A stretch of DNA of 64,000 nt, from the NCBI GenBank assembly GCA_964654285.1, contig CAZZJC010000006.1, positions 67,288 to 131,287 of the forward strand, written 5' to 3'. The translations under genes and the position numbers were made by a program. The stretch is from an uncultured Candidatus Kuenenia sp. Its GTDB lineage: Bacteria > Planctomycetota > UBA11346. The notes under the pieces were generated by a model. The model searched no databases and was not told the DNA's origin. It saw only the letters and a program-made list of their open reading frames with translations. Each line of letters starts with the position of its first letter. Position 1 is the stretch's first letter. Shown here piece after piece: positions 54,178 to 64,000 of this stretch.

Positions 54178-55530
54178 TCAGGTGCGGCGGCGCACGAGCA
54201 GCACACCGGTGGAGAACAGCAGCAGCGACAGGCCGAGCCCGAGATAGGCGTAGTCGATCACGCCCTTGGTCGAGGCGCCCTGGAGCCAGGGCACCAGGTA
54301 CGGTCCGGCGAAGCCGCCCAGGCAGCCGAGGCCGTTGATGAGCGCGATGCCCCCGGCGGCGGCGGACCCGCGCAGGTATTCGGTGGCCAGCGACCAGAAG
54401 GGGCCGAGCGCGCTGAAGGTGCCGAGGCAGGCGCAGGTGGTGGCGGCGAGGGCGAGCCAGTTGCGCCCGTCGCTGCCGTCGGGCGGCAGCAGGCCGACCA
54501 GCGCCAGCCCGGCCACGCCGACCAGCCCGGCGAGGGCAGCGTGCCAGCGCCGCTCCTGGCGGCGATCGCTCGATCGGCTCCACAGCACCATCGCCACCCC
54601 GGTGGCCAGGTAGGGGACGGTCAGGGCCCAGCCGAGGTTGACGTTGCTGGGCTCGACCGCGTACCACTGGCGCCAGAGCTGCTGCACGAGCGGCTTCCAG
54701 AACGACGGCAGCCATTGGGTGACGCCGTAGAACGCGGTGATGAGCAGGAAATACAAACCGACCAGCAGCCACAGGCGCGGCTGGGCCAGGGCCTGGACGA
54801 AGGTCAGATGCTGGTCCGGCCGGGCCTGGCGCTCGCGGTCGAGCACCTCGGCGACGCGGCGACGTTCGTCCGCGCTCAGCCAGCGCGCGGTCTGCGGCCG
54901 ATCCGGCAGCACCACCAGCACGAGCAGCCCGACGAGCACCGAGGGCAGGCCCTGGAGGAGGAACACCCACTGCCAGCCCGCCAGGCCGCCGACCTGGTCG
55001 AGTTCGAGGCAGTACGCCGTGAGCGGGCCGGTGACGGTGTTGGCGACGCAGATCGAGGTGAGGAACAGCGCCGCCGCGCGCGCCCGCCGCTGGGCCGGGA
55101 ACCAGTAGGTCAGGTAGAGGACGACGCCGGGGAAGAATCCCGCCTCGGCCACGCCGAGCAGGAAGCGGAGTCCATAGTAGCTCGCCGGCCCCTGGATGCA
55201 CATCATCAGGACCGCGATGAGCCCCCACGAGACCATGATGCGCGCGATCCAGCGCCGCGCTCCGATGCGCTCCAGGAGCAGGTTCGAGGGGATCTCGAAC
55301 ACGCAGTAGCCGAGGTAGAAGATGCCGATGCCCAGGCCCCAGACATAGGCGTCGAAGCCCAGCGCCGCGAACTGCGGCCCCGCCATCGCCTTGAGCACGC
55401 CGACGTTGCTGCGGTCGATATGCGCCAGGACGTACAGCAGCAGCAGGAACGGCAGCAGGCGCCAGGCGATGCGCGCGAACACCGGATCGTCGGAGGTGGT
55501 CGGAGCAAGAGCGGGTGCGGTGGGCATCAT
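54178..55530 (-). CDS. MFS transporter (anion:cation symporter/phthalate-permease-like)
   Basis: 12 TM helices. HIDRSNVGVLKA and GYCVFEIPSNLLLERIGARRW are MFS motifs. Confidence 0.85.
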   Translation of the reverse strand: MMPTAPALAPTTSDDPVFARIAWRLLPFLLLLYVLAHIDRSNVGVLKAMAGPQFAALGFDAYVWGLGIGIFYLGYCVFEIPSNLLLERIGARRWIARIMVSWGLIAVLMMCIQGPASYYGLRFLLGVAEAGFFPGVVLYLTYWFPAQRRARAAALFLTSICVANTVTGPLTAYCLELDQVGGLAGWQWVFLLQGLPSVLVGLLVLVVLPDRPQTARWLSADERRRVAEVLDRERQARPDQHLTFVQALAQPRLWLLVGLYFLLITAFYGVTQWLPSFWKPLVQQLWRQWYAVEPSNVNLGWALTVPYLATGVAMVLWSRSSDRRQERRWHAALAGLVGVAGLALVGLLPPDGSDGRNWLALAATTCACLGTFSALGPFWSLATEYLRGSAAAGGIALINGLGCLGGFAGPYLVPWLQGASTKGVIDYAYLGLGLSLLLFSTGVLLVRRRT

Positions 55531-55694
55531 CGTCCCGCCGTCCTACGCTTGGCGCGGGCCCGTGTCGAGCCGGTCCTTCCGCCCCCTGCGCGGTGGCCGA
55601 TCCGGAAGGATGGCGATCCGGTTCCAGGAAATCCCCCTGCACACGCGGCCGCGCCCGCCTTTCCCCGCGCCGCTTCCTGGGTTAAGCTGAGAGG

Positions 55695-58600
55695 ATGCCT
55701 TTTTCCGATGATGCCGATTCCGGCCAGACCGCCGGGGTCGCCGGCACGACCGGCACCCGCCGGTCGTCGCGACCCGATCGCGTATCCGGCCTGCGCTGGC
55801 TGACCGCCGCGCTGATCCTGGCCGTCCTCCTGGCCGGCACCGGGCTGACCTGGTGGCAGGTGCGGCAGAGCGACCACCAGATGCGGGTCGATCTGCAGCG
55901 TCAGGCGGATCTCATGGCAGATGGCATCCATCTCGACGAGCTGAAAGCCCTGACCGGCACGCCCGCCGACGCCGCGCTGCCGGCCTACCAGCGGTTGAAG
56001 AGCCAGTTCGGCGCCCTGCGCCGGGCGACCCCGCATTGCCGGTTCGTCTACCTGCTCGGCCGCGACGCGGCCGGGAAGGTGATCTTCCTCCTCGACAGCG
56101 AACCGCCGGACTCGCCGGACTGCTCGCCACCCGGCCAGGTCTATGAGGAGGCCTCGCCGGCGACGCGCGGAGTCTTCTCATCCCACCTCGGCTGCGTCGA
56201 TGGTCCCTATCCCGATCGCTGGGCCACCTGGGTCTCGGCGCTCGCCCCGATCCACGATCCGTCCACCATCCGCAGCGATCTGGCGCGGCCGGTCGAGGCC
56301 CAGCGCCATGTGGACAAGGCGGTCGCGCTGTACCGGCAGCTCGGCCGCGAACGGTTCCTGGCGGCGCTGAACACGCGCAACGGGCCGCTGCACACCGGCG
56401 ACCTCTATGCCTTCGCTTACGACCGCGGCATGACCCTGCTCGCCAACCCGGTCCGGCCGGAGCTGGTCGGACGCAACCTGATCGACGAGAAGGACTGGCC
56501 TGGCGGCAAGCCCTTCCGCCGCGAGCTGCAGCAGGTCGCCGCCGCCGGCGGCGGCTGGGTGGACTACGAATACGTGAATCCCGTCAGCCGGGCGATCGAA
56601 CCCAAGACCACGTTCGTGCTGGCGGTGGATGACCTCGTCATCTGCGCCGGGGCCTATCGCGGCACCGGTTCGATCGTCGCGGTGCTGGGGATGGACATCG
56701 ACGCCCGCGACTGGGATTCGCGGCTGGTCCGGGCCGGGCTGCCGCCGGCCCTGCTCACCCTGATGCTGCTCGCGACCGGGCTGCTCGGCAGCTGGTTCAT
56801 CGCCCGGCCCCGGCCGCGCGAGCAGGCCCGGCGCTGGTACGCGCATCCCGAAGCCATCCTGGTCCTGGTGATCGGCGCCGAGCTGACCACCTACGCCACC
56901 TGGAAGGCGCACACGGTCGAGGTGGCCAACCGCCACAACTCGTTCGCCCCGCTCGGGGCGGCGCAGACGGCGCAGCTCAACGAACTGCTGCTCAACCTGC
57001 GCAACCTCGAACTGAGCAGCCTCGCGGCGTTCCATGCCCATGAGGCGCTGATCCCGGCGGACCAGTTCGCCGGTTTCGCCAGCATGCTGTTGCGCAACCG
57101 CGCCATCCACGCCTGGGAATGGATCCCGGCGGTGGCGGCGGAGGGCCGTCCGGCCTTCGAGGCCGCCGTCCGGGCGGAAGGCCAGGCCGATTTCGCGATC
57201 TGGGAACGCGACGCCGAGGGTCGGCGCATCCCCGCCGCCGTCCGTCCGGTCCACTTCCCGGTCCTGCGCGTGGCCCCGGTCAGCGGCAATGAATCCGCCA
57301 TCGGTTTCGATCTCGGTTCGGATCCTGTCCGCCGCCAGGCGCTCGATCTGGCGGCGCAGGTCGGCCTGACCACCGCCTCTGAGCCCATCACCCTGGTCCA
57401 GGAACGGGGGACGCAGAAGGGCATGCTGGTGGTCCAGCCGGTCTTCGACGCCCGCGACCGCCGCCTGCGGGGATTCGCGATCGCCGTGCTGCGTCTGGGA
57501 TCGATGCTGGACCACGCCGGCCTGCCGCCCACGGCCTGCATCGACCTGGCCTTCCAGCCCGACAAGGGCGAAGCGGTGGTCCTCGCCCGGACCGGGGCCG
57601 ACGGGCAGCCGCCCGATCCCGCCTGGCCGACCGTGCTGCGCCCGATCGTCGCCTGCGGCCGGACCTTCCTCGTCACCGCCCATGCCGACGCCGGTTTCAT
57701 GGCCCTGCATGCGACCCATGCGGATTGGCTCACGGCGGTGCTCGGCGGCCTGCTCTGCACCGGCATCGCCGTGCTGGTCGGGGTCCTGGTCGGCAAGCAG
57801 GAGTCGCTCGCGCGCCAGGTCGCGCGCCGCACCGATGACCTGCGCCGCAGCGAGGAGCGCCATCGCCTGCTCTTCGAGAAATCGCCGGACGCCTACCTGA
57901 TCCTGGATGGCATGCAGTTCACCGACTGCAACGATGCCGCCCTGGCCATGCTGCGGGCGAACCGGGACGAGGTCGTCGGCATCGCCCCGGCCGCGCTGTC
58001 GCCCGAATTCCAGCCCGACGGCACGCGGTCGGTCGACCGGGCGCAGCGGCTGATGGCCGATGTCCTGGCACGCGGAACCGCCCGCTTCGACTGGCTGCAT
58101 CGGCGGCTCGATGGCACCATCTTCCTGGCCGACGTCTCGCTGCTCCTCCTGCCCGCCGCCCGGCCGGTCGACGGGCCGCCGCGCATCCTCGTGACCTGGC
58201 GCGACATCACCGCGCGCAAGCAGGCCGAGGAGGCCCTGGTCGCCGCGAACCTGGCGCTTGAACGGCAGACCGTGCTGGCGAACCACATGGCGGCCGAGGC
58301 CGAACTGGCGAGCCAGGCCAAGGGCGAGTTCCTCGCCAACATGAGCCACGAGATCCGCACCCCGATGAACGGCATCCTCGGCATGACCGAGCTGCTGATC
58401 GGCACCGGGTTGAACCCGGAGCAGGAGGACTACGCCCGCACCGCCTACCGTTCGGCCGAGGCCCTGCTGACCCTGCTCAACGACATCCTGGACTTCTCCA
58501 AGATCGAGGCGGGCAAGATGGTGTTCGAGGCCATCCCGTTCGACCCCCGCCAGGCGGCCTACGACAGCGTCGACCTCTTCCGCCAGAAGGCGGCCGAGCA

Positions 58601-59945
58601 CGAGGTCGAGCTGCTGGTGCGCATCAGTCCCGACCTGCCGGCGCGCTTCATCGGCGACCCTGGGCGCTGGCGCCAGATCCTCGCCAACCTGGTCGGCAAT
58701 GCGGTGAAGTTCACCAGGCGCGGGCACATCCTGGTCGAGGTCGGCCGCGAGCCGCGCGATCCCGGGCCGGAATGCGGGACATGCGCGCATCGCGGCTGCT
58801 GCGAGCACATGCTGGTGCTCAGCATCACCGACACCGGCATCGGCATCCCGGCCGACCGCCTGCCGCATCTGTTCGCGGCCTTCGTCCAGGCCGACCAGTC
58901 GACCAGCCGGCGCTTCGGCGGCACCGGCCTGGGCCTGGCGATCTGCCGCCGGCTGGCCGAGCTGATGGGGGGCAGCATCGGCGTGACCAGCGTCGAAGGC
59001 CAGGGTTCGACCTTCACCGTCCGCCTGCCGCTGCTGGTCGACGCGACCCCGGCGATGCCGGCCCCGGAGACGGCCGGGACGCTCGCCGGCCTTCGCCTCC
59101 TGGTCGTCGACGACAACATCGTCAACGGCCGCATCGTCTGCGAGCAGCTCGAGATGCTGGGGGCGCGGCCGGAACACGAGGCCGACCCGGTGCAGGCCCT
59201 CGCCACCGTCTGCGCCGCCGCCACGGGCGACGATCCCCATGCCGGCCTGATCCTCGACCTGCACATGCCGGTCCTGGATGGCGTCGCGCTGGCGACCACC
59301 CTGCTCGCGGATCCGACCACCGCCGCGATCCCCCTCATCCTGCTGACCTCCTCGGGCGCACGCGGCGATGCCCAGCGCATGGCCGAGGTCGGGTTCAGCG
59401 GCTACCTGGTCAAGCCGGCCCGGCTGGAGGTGCTGGGCGCGGTGGTCGCCGCCGCGATCGCCAACCGGCGCGCCGGGCGGAAGCAGCTCGTCACCCGCCA
59501 CAGCGTGCGCGAAAGCCAGGAAGGCGCCCCCGGCGCCCTCCGGCCGGCGATCTCCGGCCGCGTCCTGCTGGTCGAGGACAACCTGGTGAACCAGAAGCTC
59601 GGCCGGATCATGCTGGCCCACCTCGGGGTCGACGTGGTCCTCGCCGGCGACGGCCAGGAGGCGCTCGACCGGCTGGCGGCGCAGGATTTCGACCTCGTGC
59701 TCATGGACTGCCAGATGCCGGTCCTGGATGGCTACGAGGCCACCGCCGCGATCCGCACCCGCGAAGCCAATGAGGGCCGTGCCCGCGTGCCCATCATCGC
59801 CATGACCGCCAACGCGCTGGCCGGCGACCGCGAACGCTGCCTGGCGGCCGGCATGGACGACCACCTCGCCAAGCCGGTGCGCGAAGCGCAGCTCGCCGCG
59901 ATCCTGCGGCGGTGGCTGCCGGCTTCGGACCGCCCCTCGCCGTGA
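55695..59945 (+). CDS. Hybrid sensor histidine kinase/response regulator (periplasmic sensor, CHASE, PAS, HisKA, HATPase_c, two REC domains)
   Basis: The CHASE-like block is WEWIPAV...[31 protein letters not shown]. The PAS region is ...[16 protein letters not shown]. The H-box is [17 protein letters not shown]. The G-boxes are DTGIGIP...GGTGLGLAI. The REC domains are LLVVDDN...LDLHMP and LLVEDN...[10 protein letters not shown]. Confidence 0.9.
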   Translation: MPFSDDADSGQTAGVAGTTGTRRSSRPDRVSGLRWLTAALILAVLLAGTGLTWWQVRQSDHQMRVDLQRQADLMADGIHLDELKALTGTPADAALPAYQRLKSQFGALRRATPHCRFVYLLGRDAAGKVIFLLDSEPPDSPDCSPPGQVYEEASPATRGVFSSHLGCVDGPYPDRWATWVSALAPIHDPSTIRSDLARPVEAQRHVDKAVALYRQLGRERFLAALNTRNGPLHTGDLYAFAYDRGMTLLANPVRPELVGRNLIDEKDWPGGKPFRRELQQVAAAGGGWVDYEYVNPVSRAIEPKTTFVLAVDDLVICAGAYRGTGSIVAVLGMDIDARDWDSRLVRAGLPPALLTLMLLATGLLGSWFIARPRPREQARRWYAHPEAILVLVIGAELTTYATWKAHTVEVANRHNSFAPLGAAQTAQLNELLLNLRNLELSSLAAFHAHEALIPADQFAGFASMLLRNRAIHAWEWIPAVAAEGRPAFEAAVRAEGQADFAIWERDAEGRRIPAAVRPVHFPVLRVAPVSGNESAIGFDLGSDPVRRQALDLAAQVGLTTASEPITLVQERGTQKGMLVVQPVFDARDRRLRGFAIAVLRLGSMLDHAGLPPTACIDLAFQPDKGEAVVLARTGADGQPPDPAWPTVLRPIVACGRTFLVTAHADAGFMALHATHADWLTAVLGGLLCTGIAVLVGVLVGKQESLARQVARRTDDLRRSEERHRLLFEKSPDAYLILDGMQFTDCNDAALAMLRANRDEVVGIAPAALSPEFQPDGTRSVDRAQRLMADVLARGTARFDWLHRRLDGTIFLADVSLLLLPAARPVDGPPRILVTWRDITARKQAEEALVAANLALERQTVLANHMAAEAELASQAKGEFLANMSHEIRTPMNGILGMTELLIGTGLNPEQEDYARTAYRSAEALLTLLNDILDFSKIEAGKMVFEAIPFDPRQAAYDSVDLFRQKAAEHEVELLVRISPDLPARFIGDPGRWRQILANLVGNAVKFTRRGHILVEVGREPRDPGPECGTCAHRGCCEHMLVLSITDTGIGIPADRLPHLFAAFVQADQSTSRRFGGTGLGLAICRRLAELMGGSIGVTSVEGQGSTFTVRLPLLVDATPAMPAPETAGTLAGLRLLVVDDNIVNGRIVCEQLEMLGARPEHEADPVQALATVCAAATGDDPHAGLILDLHMPVLDGVALATTLLADPTTAAIPLILLTSSGARGDAQRMAEVGFSGYLVKPARLEVLGAVVAAAIANRRAGRKQLVTRHSVRESQEGAPGALRPAISGRVLLVEDNLVNQKLGRIMLAHLGVDVVLAGDGQEALDRLAAQDFDLVLMDCQMPVLDGYEATAAIRTREANEGRARVPIIAMTANALAGDRERCLAAGMDDHLAKPVREAQLAAILRRWLPASDRPSP

Positions 59946-60000
59946 GCGGCGCCTTCCCTTGCCGTTGCCCGTTGCCGGCCCGAGGGAGACTTCCGACGCC

Positions 60001-60918
60001 ATGCACATCACTTCCGATCCTGCGCACACCCCAGGACGATCCTGGCCGACGCAAGGTGGCGGCCGTGCGCTGCGGCTGCGTTGCGGCGGCATCCACCTCA
60101 ATCTGCGCATCGAAGGCGACGGCCCGCCGCTGATCCTGCTCCACGGCTATCCCCAGACGCATCGCTGCTGGCGGCGCTGCCTGCCGAGGCTGGCCCGCAC
60201 CCACACCGTCATCCTGCCCGATCTGCGCGGCTACGGCGACAGCGACAAGCCTTTGCCCGAGGTCGACGCCAGCGCCTACAGCAAACGGGCGATGGCCGCC
60301 GACATCATCGCGCTCATGGATCGCCTGGACATCGCCGCCTGCCCGGTCATCGGCCACGATCGCGGAGCGCGCGTCGCGCATCGTCTGGCCCTCGACCATC
60401 CGACGCGCCTCACCGCCCTGGGGGTGGTCGACATCCTGCCCACGATCTGGCACGACCGCCATCCCGACCGGGCCTTCGCGCACGCCTACTGGCACTGGCC
60501 CTTCCTGGCTGCGGGCGACGAGCCGGCCCGGCTCATCGGCGCGGATCCGGCCGGATTCCTGGAGCGGCGTCTGGCCGCATGGTCGCGCACCCCGGACGCC
60601 TTCGCCGCCGAGGATCTCGCCGACTACCGCCGCTGCTTCGCCGATCCCGCCTGCATCGCCGCCACTTGCGCCGACTACCGCGCCGCCGCCGGGATCGACC
60701 TCGACCACGATGCGATCGATCTCGGCCGTCGCCTGACGCTGCCGGTCCTGGTGCTGTGGGGTGCGCGCGGCTTCATCGGCAGCACCTACGATCCGGCCGC
60801 CGTGTGGCGCGACTTCGCCGAGCGCATCCGCCCGGTGCCGGTCGCCTGCGGTCATTTCCCAGCCGAGGAGAGTCCAGGCGGAACCGCAGCCGCCATCAGC
60901 GCCTTCCTCGCAGGCTGA
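60001..60918 (+). CDS. α/β-hydrolase (haloacetate dehalogenase/epoxide-hydrolase-like)
   Basis: PPLILLHGYPQTHRCW; VIGHDRGARVAHRLAL carries the nucleophile elbow D/S; a His lies near the C-terminus. Confidence 0.8.
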   Translation: MHITSDPAHTPGRSWPTQGGGRALRLRCGGIHLNLRIEGDGPPLILLHGYPQTHRCWRRCLPRLARTHTVILPDLRGYGDSDKPLPEVDASAYSKRAMAADIIALMDRLDIAACPVIGHDRGARVAHRLALDHPTRLTALGVVDILPTIWHDRHPDRAFAHAYWHWPFLAAGDEPARLIGADPAGFLERRLAAWSRTPDAFAAEDLADYRRCFADPACIAATCADYRAAAGIDLDHDAIDLGRRLTLPVLVLWGARGFIGSTYDPAAVWRDFAERIRPVPVACGHFPAEESPGGTAAAISAFLAG

Positions 60919-60999
60919 GGAGCCGGGTCGGGAAGCGCCCCGCCGCCGCATCGGGGCAGGGTCCATCTACCACGTCAGGGCGGGGGATCCGGAAGGCGG

Positions 61000-61875
61000 T
61001 CACACCGCCACCGCCGGCCAGCGGCCGGACTTGGGATCCTTGGGCGGGGTCTCGTCGCTGCGGAGTTTCCGGTAGAGGCCGGCGCGGTCGAAGGGCACCC
61101 GCACCCACTGGCTGTCGAGGTTGAGCGGGGACTCCGCCCCGCCGAGGTAGAGGAACCCGTGCGGAGCCAGCACCTTGCCGACCCGCATGAGCAGCTGCGA
61201 CTTCACCTCGGTGTTGAAGTAGATCAGCACATTGCGGATGAAGACGATGTCGAAGGTGCCGAGGTTGAACCACGATTCGAGCAGGTTCAGTTCGCGGAAC
61301 TCCCACATCTTCCGCAGGTTCTCGTTCACCTGCCATTCGCCGGGCGCGATCTGGGAAAAATGCCGTTTGAGCAGCTCCGGCGCGAGGCCGCGGTCGACCT
61401 CGGCCTGGGTGTAGCGCCCGGCGCGCGCCTTGGCGATCACCCGCGGCGAGAGGTCGGTGGCGAGGAACTGGAGCTGCCACGCCGCGAGCTGCGGGAAGTG
61501 GTCGCGGATGATCATCGCGATGGTGTAGGGCTCCTGCCCGGTCGAGCTCGCGGCGCACCAGATCGCGAGCTTGCGCGTCGACTGGTTCGCCCCGGCGAGG
61601 AACGGCAGGACCTTCTCCTTCAACGCGTCGAAGGGCGCGCCGTCGCGGAACCAGAAGGTCTCGTTGGTGGTCATCGATTCGACCACCTCGGCATGGAGCG
61701 GGCTGTTGGCCTTCTCGCGCAGGCGCTGGACGAGCTGGCCGAGGTCGGCCAGACCTTGGCGCTGGCAGACCGGGCCGAGGCGCGACTCGAAGAGGTAGAG
61801 CTTGTCGTCGCCGAGCACGATGCCGGACCGGTCCTGCACGAACTTGCGCAGGAAATTGAGGTCGGTGGGGGTCAT
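61000..61875 (-). CDS. cheR: Chemotaxis protein methyltransferase CheR
   Basis: MTPTDLNFLRKFVQDRSGIVL is the CheR N-terminal domain. ...LAIWCAASSTGQEPYTIAM is the SAM-binding block. ...FDIVFIRNVLIYF. The start overlaps the cheB stop. Confidence 0.85.
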   Translation of the reverse strand: MTPTDLNFLRKFVQDRSGIVLGDDKLYLFESRLGPVCQRQGLADLGQLVQRLREKANSPLHAEVVESMTTNETFWFRDGAPFDALKEKVLPFLAGANQSTRKLAIWCAASSTGQEPYTIAMIIRDHFPQLAAWQLQFLATDLSPRVIAKARAGRYTQAEVDRGLAPELLKRHFSQIAPGEWQVNENLRKMWEFRELNLLESWFNLGTFDIVFIRNVLIYFNTEVKSQLLMRVGKVLAPHGFLYLGGAESPLNLDSQWVRVPFDRAGLYRKLRSDETPPKDPKSGRWPAVAV

Positions 61876-63098
61876 GGACGCACTCCGCCCCGACGCGTGC
61901 GGGTGTTGATCTCGTCGGCGATCTTCGCCAGCGGCAGCACCTGGTCGGCGACGCCGTGGCGGCTGATCTGGCCGGGCATGCCCCAGACCACGGAACTCGC
62001 CTGGTCCTGCGCGATGACCCAGGCGCCGCGGCTGCGCAGCTGATGTCCGCCGCGCAGGCCGTCCTCGCCCATGCCGGTGAGGACGACGGTGAGGACGTGC
62101 TCGCCCCACACCGCGCAGCACGAACGGAAGAGCGGATCGACCGCCGGGCGGCAGGAGTTCTCCGGCGGATCGGAATTGGTGCGCAGGCGCACGCCGGCGC
62201 CATGGCGTTCGACCACCATGTGCACGCCGCCGGGCGCGATGTGGACGCGGCCGGGCATGACCTCCATGAGGTCGGCGCCCTCGACCACCGCGACCTGGGC
62301 CTTGGCGGCGAGCCGTTCGGCGAGCAGGCGGGTGAAGGTCGGCGGCATGTGCTGGACGAGCAGCACCGGCACCGGCAGATCCTTGACCAGGCGCGGGATC
62401 AGCTCGGCGAGCGCGTTGGGGCCGCCGGTCGAGACGCCGATCGCCACCGCATCGACCCTCGGCGCCGGGCCGGTGCGCGGGGGGATGGGTCCGAGCACGG
62501 CGGCGCGGGCGCCGGAATTGCCGCCGTTCCCATGGATGGCCATGGGACGGGGTGCAGGGGCGCCCTGGCCCGGACCGGCCGGTGGAGTGGACCGGATGGT
62601 CGACGTGCCACCGGAGGCGGGGCGTTGCTCCGGCGGTTTGGGTTGCAGGGCGCCCTCGCCGCCGGGCCGCGTCTCGGGGGTCGGCGGATGCTCGTGGCGC
62701 TGGCACAGGCCGCGGATGCGGCGGCCGAGCTCATGCCGCACCTGCTCGACCGAGGCCCCGATCGAACCGCCGCTGGGCTTGGCGACCACGTCGTCGGCGC
62801 CGCGTTCGAGCGCCTCCAGCGTGGCGGAGGCGCCCTCGGTGGTGACCGCCGAGAACATCACCACCCGCAGCTTCGGCCACTGCTTGCGGATCTCGACCAG
62901 GGTGGTCAGGCCGTCCATCTCGGGCATCTCGACGTCGAGCACGACCAGATCGGGATTGAGCACCGGGATCTTGGCGAGGGCGATCTTGCCGTTGGCGGCG
63001 GTGCCCACGACCTCGATCTGGGGATCTCCCGCCAGGGCGTCGCTGACCATGCGCCGCACCAGGACGGCGTCGTCGACGATCAGGACCTTGTGCCGCAT
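61872..63098 (-). CDS. cheB: Chemotaxis response regulator protein-glutamate methylesterase CheB (REC domain plus methylesterase, with a long Pro/Gly-rich linker)
   Basis: MRHKVLIVDDAVLVRRM...LDVEMPEMDG is the REC domain. An approximately 100-aa P/G-rich linker follows, then AIGVSTGGPNAL...HIAPGGVHM...VLTGMGEDG, the esterase Ser-His-Asp region. Confidence 0.85.
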   Translation of the reverse strand: MRHKVLIVDDAVLVRRMVSDALAGDPQIEVVGTAANGKIALAKIPVLNPDLVVLDVEMPEMDGLTTLVEIRKQWPKLRVVMFSAVTTEGASATLEALERGADDVVAKPSGGSIGASVEQVRHELGRRIRGLCQRHEHPPTPETRPGGEGALQPKPPEQRPASGGTSTIRSTPPAGPGQGAPAPRPMAIHGNGGNSGARAAVLGPIPPRTGPAPRVDAVAIGVSTGGPNALAELIPRLVKDLPVPVLLVQHMPPTFTRLLAERLAAKAQVAVVEGADLMEVMPGRVHIAPGGVHMVVERHGAGVRLRTNSDPPENSCRPAVDPLFRSCCAVWGEHVLTVVLTGMGEDGLRGGHQLRSRGAWVIAQDQASSVVWGMPGQISRHGVADQVLPLAKIADEINTRTRRGGVRP

Positions 63099-63099
63099 C

Positions 63100-63579
63100 T
63101 CAGCCGGCCTTGGGCAGCGCACCGGCGGCGGCGAGAACCGCCGCCGGCATCACCGCCGCCGCCACGTCGAGGACGAGCAGCAGCTCGTTCTCGAGCTTGA
63201 ACACGCCGGAGGTCACGTCGCGCGCCGGCCCGCGGACGCTCTCGTGGGTCGCTTCGAAGGTTTCCGGATCCATCACCCGGACATCGCCGACCACGTCGAC
63301 CAGCAGGCTGGTCGCGCCGATCGGCGAGCGCACCACGACGTGGCCCGGGCGGGCGCCGGCCGGCCGGGGCGGCAGGCCGAGTCGGCAGGCGAGATCGATC
63401 GCGACCACGAGCTGGCCGCGCAGGTTGATGAGGCCGCGCACCTCGGGCGGGGCGAGCGGCACCGGAGTGATGTCCTGGTGCCGCATGACCTCCTGCACGA
63501 ACAGCACATCGACCCCGAAGTTGTAGGGTTCCAGCCGGAAGGTGCACAGCTGGCTGGGGATCCGCGAGTCGTCGCTCAT
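63100..63579 (-). CDS. cheW: Chemotaxis coupling protein CheW
   Basis: LCTFRLEPYNFGVDVLFVQEVM...VRGLINLRGQLVVAIDLACRLG is a CheW-like domain. Confidence 0.85.
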   Translation of the reverse strand: MSDDSRIPSQLCTFRLEPYNFGVDVLFVQEVMRHQDITPVPLAPPEVRGLINLRGQLVVAIDLACRLGLPPRPAGARPGHVVVRSPIGATSLLVDVVGDVRVMDPETFEATHESVRGPARDVTSGVFKLENELLLVLDVAAAVMPAAVLAAAGALPKAG

Positions 63580-64000
63580 GCCGCCCCCGTCGCCGGTGCC
63601 GGCCCGGCCGGGATGGCCGGGGTGTCGTAGAAGTCGGGCACGACCGATCTGACCAGGGCGGGCACGTCGAGCACCTCGGTGACCTTGTTGCGGATCACCA
63701 GGCAGCCGGTCATGAACGGCCGGCTGGCGCCGCGTTGCAGGGCCATGGCCTCGTCGACGGTGTCGAGGATCCGTCCGATCACGAGGCCGACCGTGCGCCC
63801 GTTCGGGGCGGTGTGGATGACCACGTCGAGGCGGCCGGTGTTCGCTTCCTCGTCCGCCGTCTTGCGCAGCTCGCGCCGGCGTTCGGGCACGATCTGGAAG
63901 ACGCGCAGGATGGGGATGACGCTGCCGCGATGCTGCACCACCTCGTTATCGCCCAGGTGCTCGATCTCGGTCTCGGCGATCTCCTCCAGCCGGGCGATGC
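63576..64000 (-). CDS. cheA: Chemotaxis histidine kinase CheA, C-terminal CheW-like domain only (5' part lies outside the window)
   Basis: The minus-strand ORF is open to the window end. ...VIPILRVFQIV...VGLVIGRILDTVDEA...VIRNKVTEVLDVPALV matches the CheA regulatory (CheW-like) domain. The stop overlaps the cheW start. Confidence 0.75.
   Translation of the reverse strand, partial: IARLEEIAETEIEHLGDNEVVQHRGSVIPILRVFQIVPERRRELRKTADEEANTGRLDVVIHTAPNGRTVGLVIGRILDTVDEAMALQRGASRPFMTGCLVIRNKVTEVLDVPALVRSVVPDFYDTPAIPAGPAPATGAA

Noticed and set aside
56178-60110. 1310-aa minus-strand ORF
   Set aside because: It is antisense to the hybrid histidine kinase, whose HisKA, HATPase and REC motifs are unambiguous on the plus strand.

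Overview
This is a high-GC (~65-70%) proteobacterial chromosomal segment. Roughly the first 30 kb is a large cell-surface glycan (O-antigen or capsule type) biosynthesis locus, and the last 34 kb is ordinary housekeeping, regulatory and chemotaxis content. The most notable feature is a four-gene, translationally coupled operon (3586-7564, minus strand) that matches the mycobacterial decaprenyl-phospho-D-arabinofuranose (DPA) donor pathway: a HAD-phosphatase::UbiA-prenyltransferase fusion, DprE1-like FAD oxidase, DprE2-like SDR reductase, and a small 4-TM EamA/GtrA-like putative flippase. Next to it is an ABC-transporter-dependent polymerisation module (wzm, wzt, and a WbdD-like DUF4214/coiled-coil/methyltransferase terminator) with a three-domain 1160-aa GT4 glycosyltransferase. 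That module is mirrored on the opposite strand by a paralogous split version: a short DUF4214/coiled-coil protein, a two-domain 771-aa GT, and a one-domain 390-aa GT. The locus also carries two diverged copies of a GHMP sugar kinase, an APS kinase (cysC) coupled to a large polytopic membrane protein, an acyltransferase-3/methyltransferase island of lower GC with a C9 homopolymer in its promoter, a NusG/RfaH-like paralog, remnants of rmlC (with an in-frame amber codon) and rmlD, and an orphan hydE-hydG [FeFe]-hydrogenase maturase pair. The remainder encodes MarR regulators, YceI, a xylulokinase-like FGGY kinase, RNase D, two Hanks-type Ser/Thr kinases, thioredoxin-fold proteins, transporters, a CHASE/PAS hybrid sensor kinase, and a cheA-cheW-cheB-cheR cluster. 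Two intergenic regions (32.4-32.6 kb, 44.35-44.77 kb) share a GC-rich palindromic repeat family, including 72-bp and ~92-bp tandem arrays, and a further intergenic region (33.87-34.15 kb) carries nested long inverted repeats. There are no CRISPR arrays, no rRNA or tRNA genes, and no recognisable transposases.
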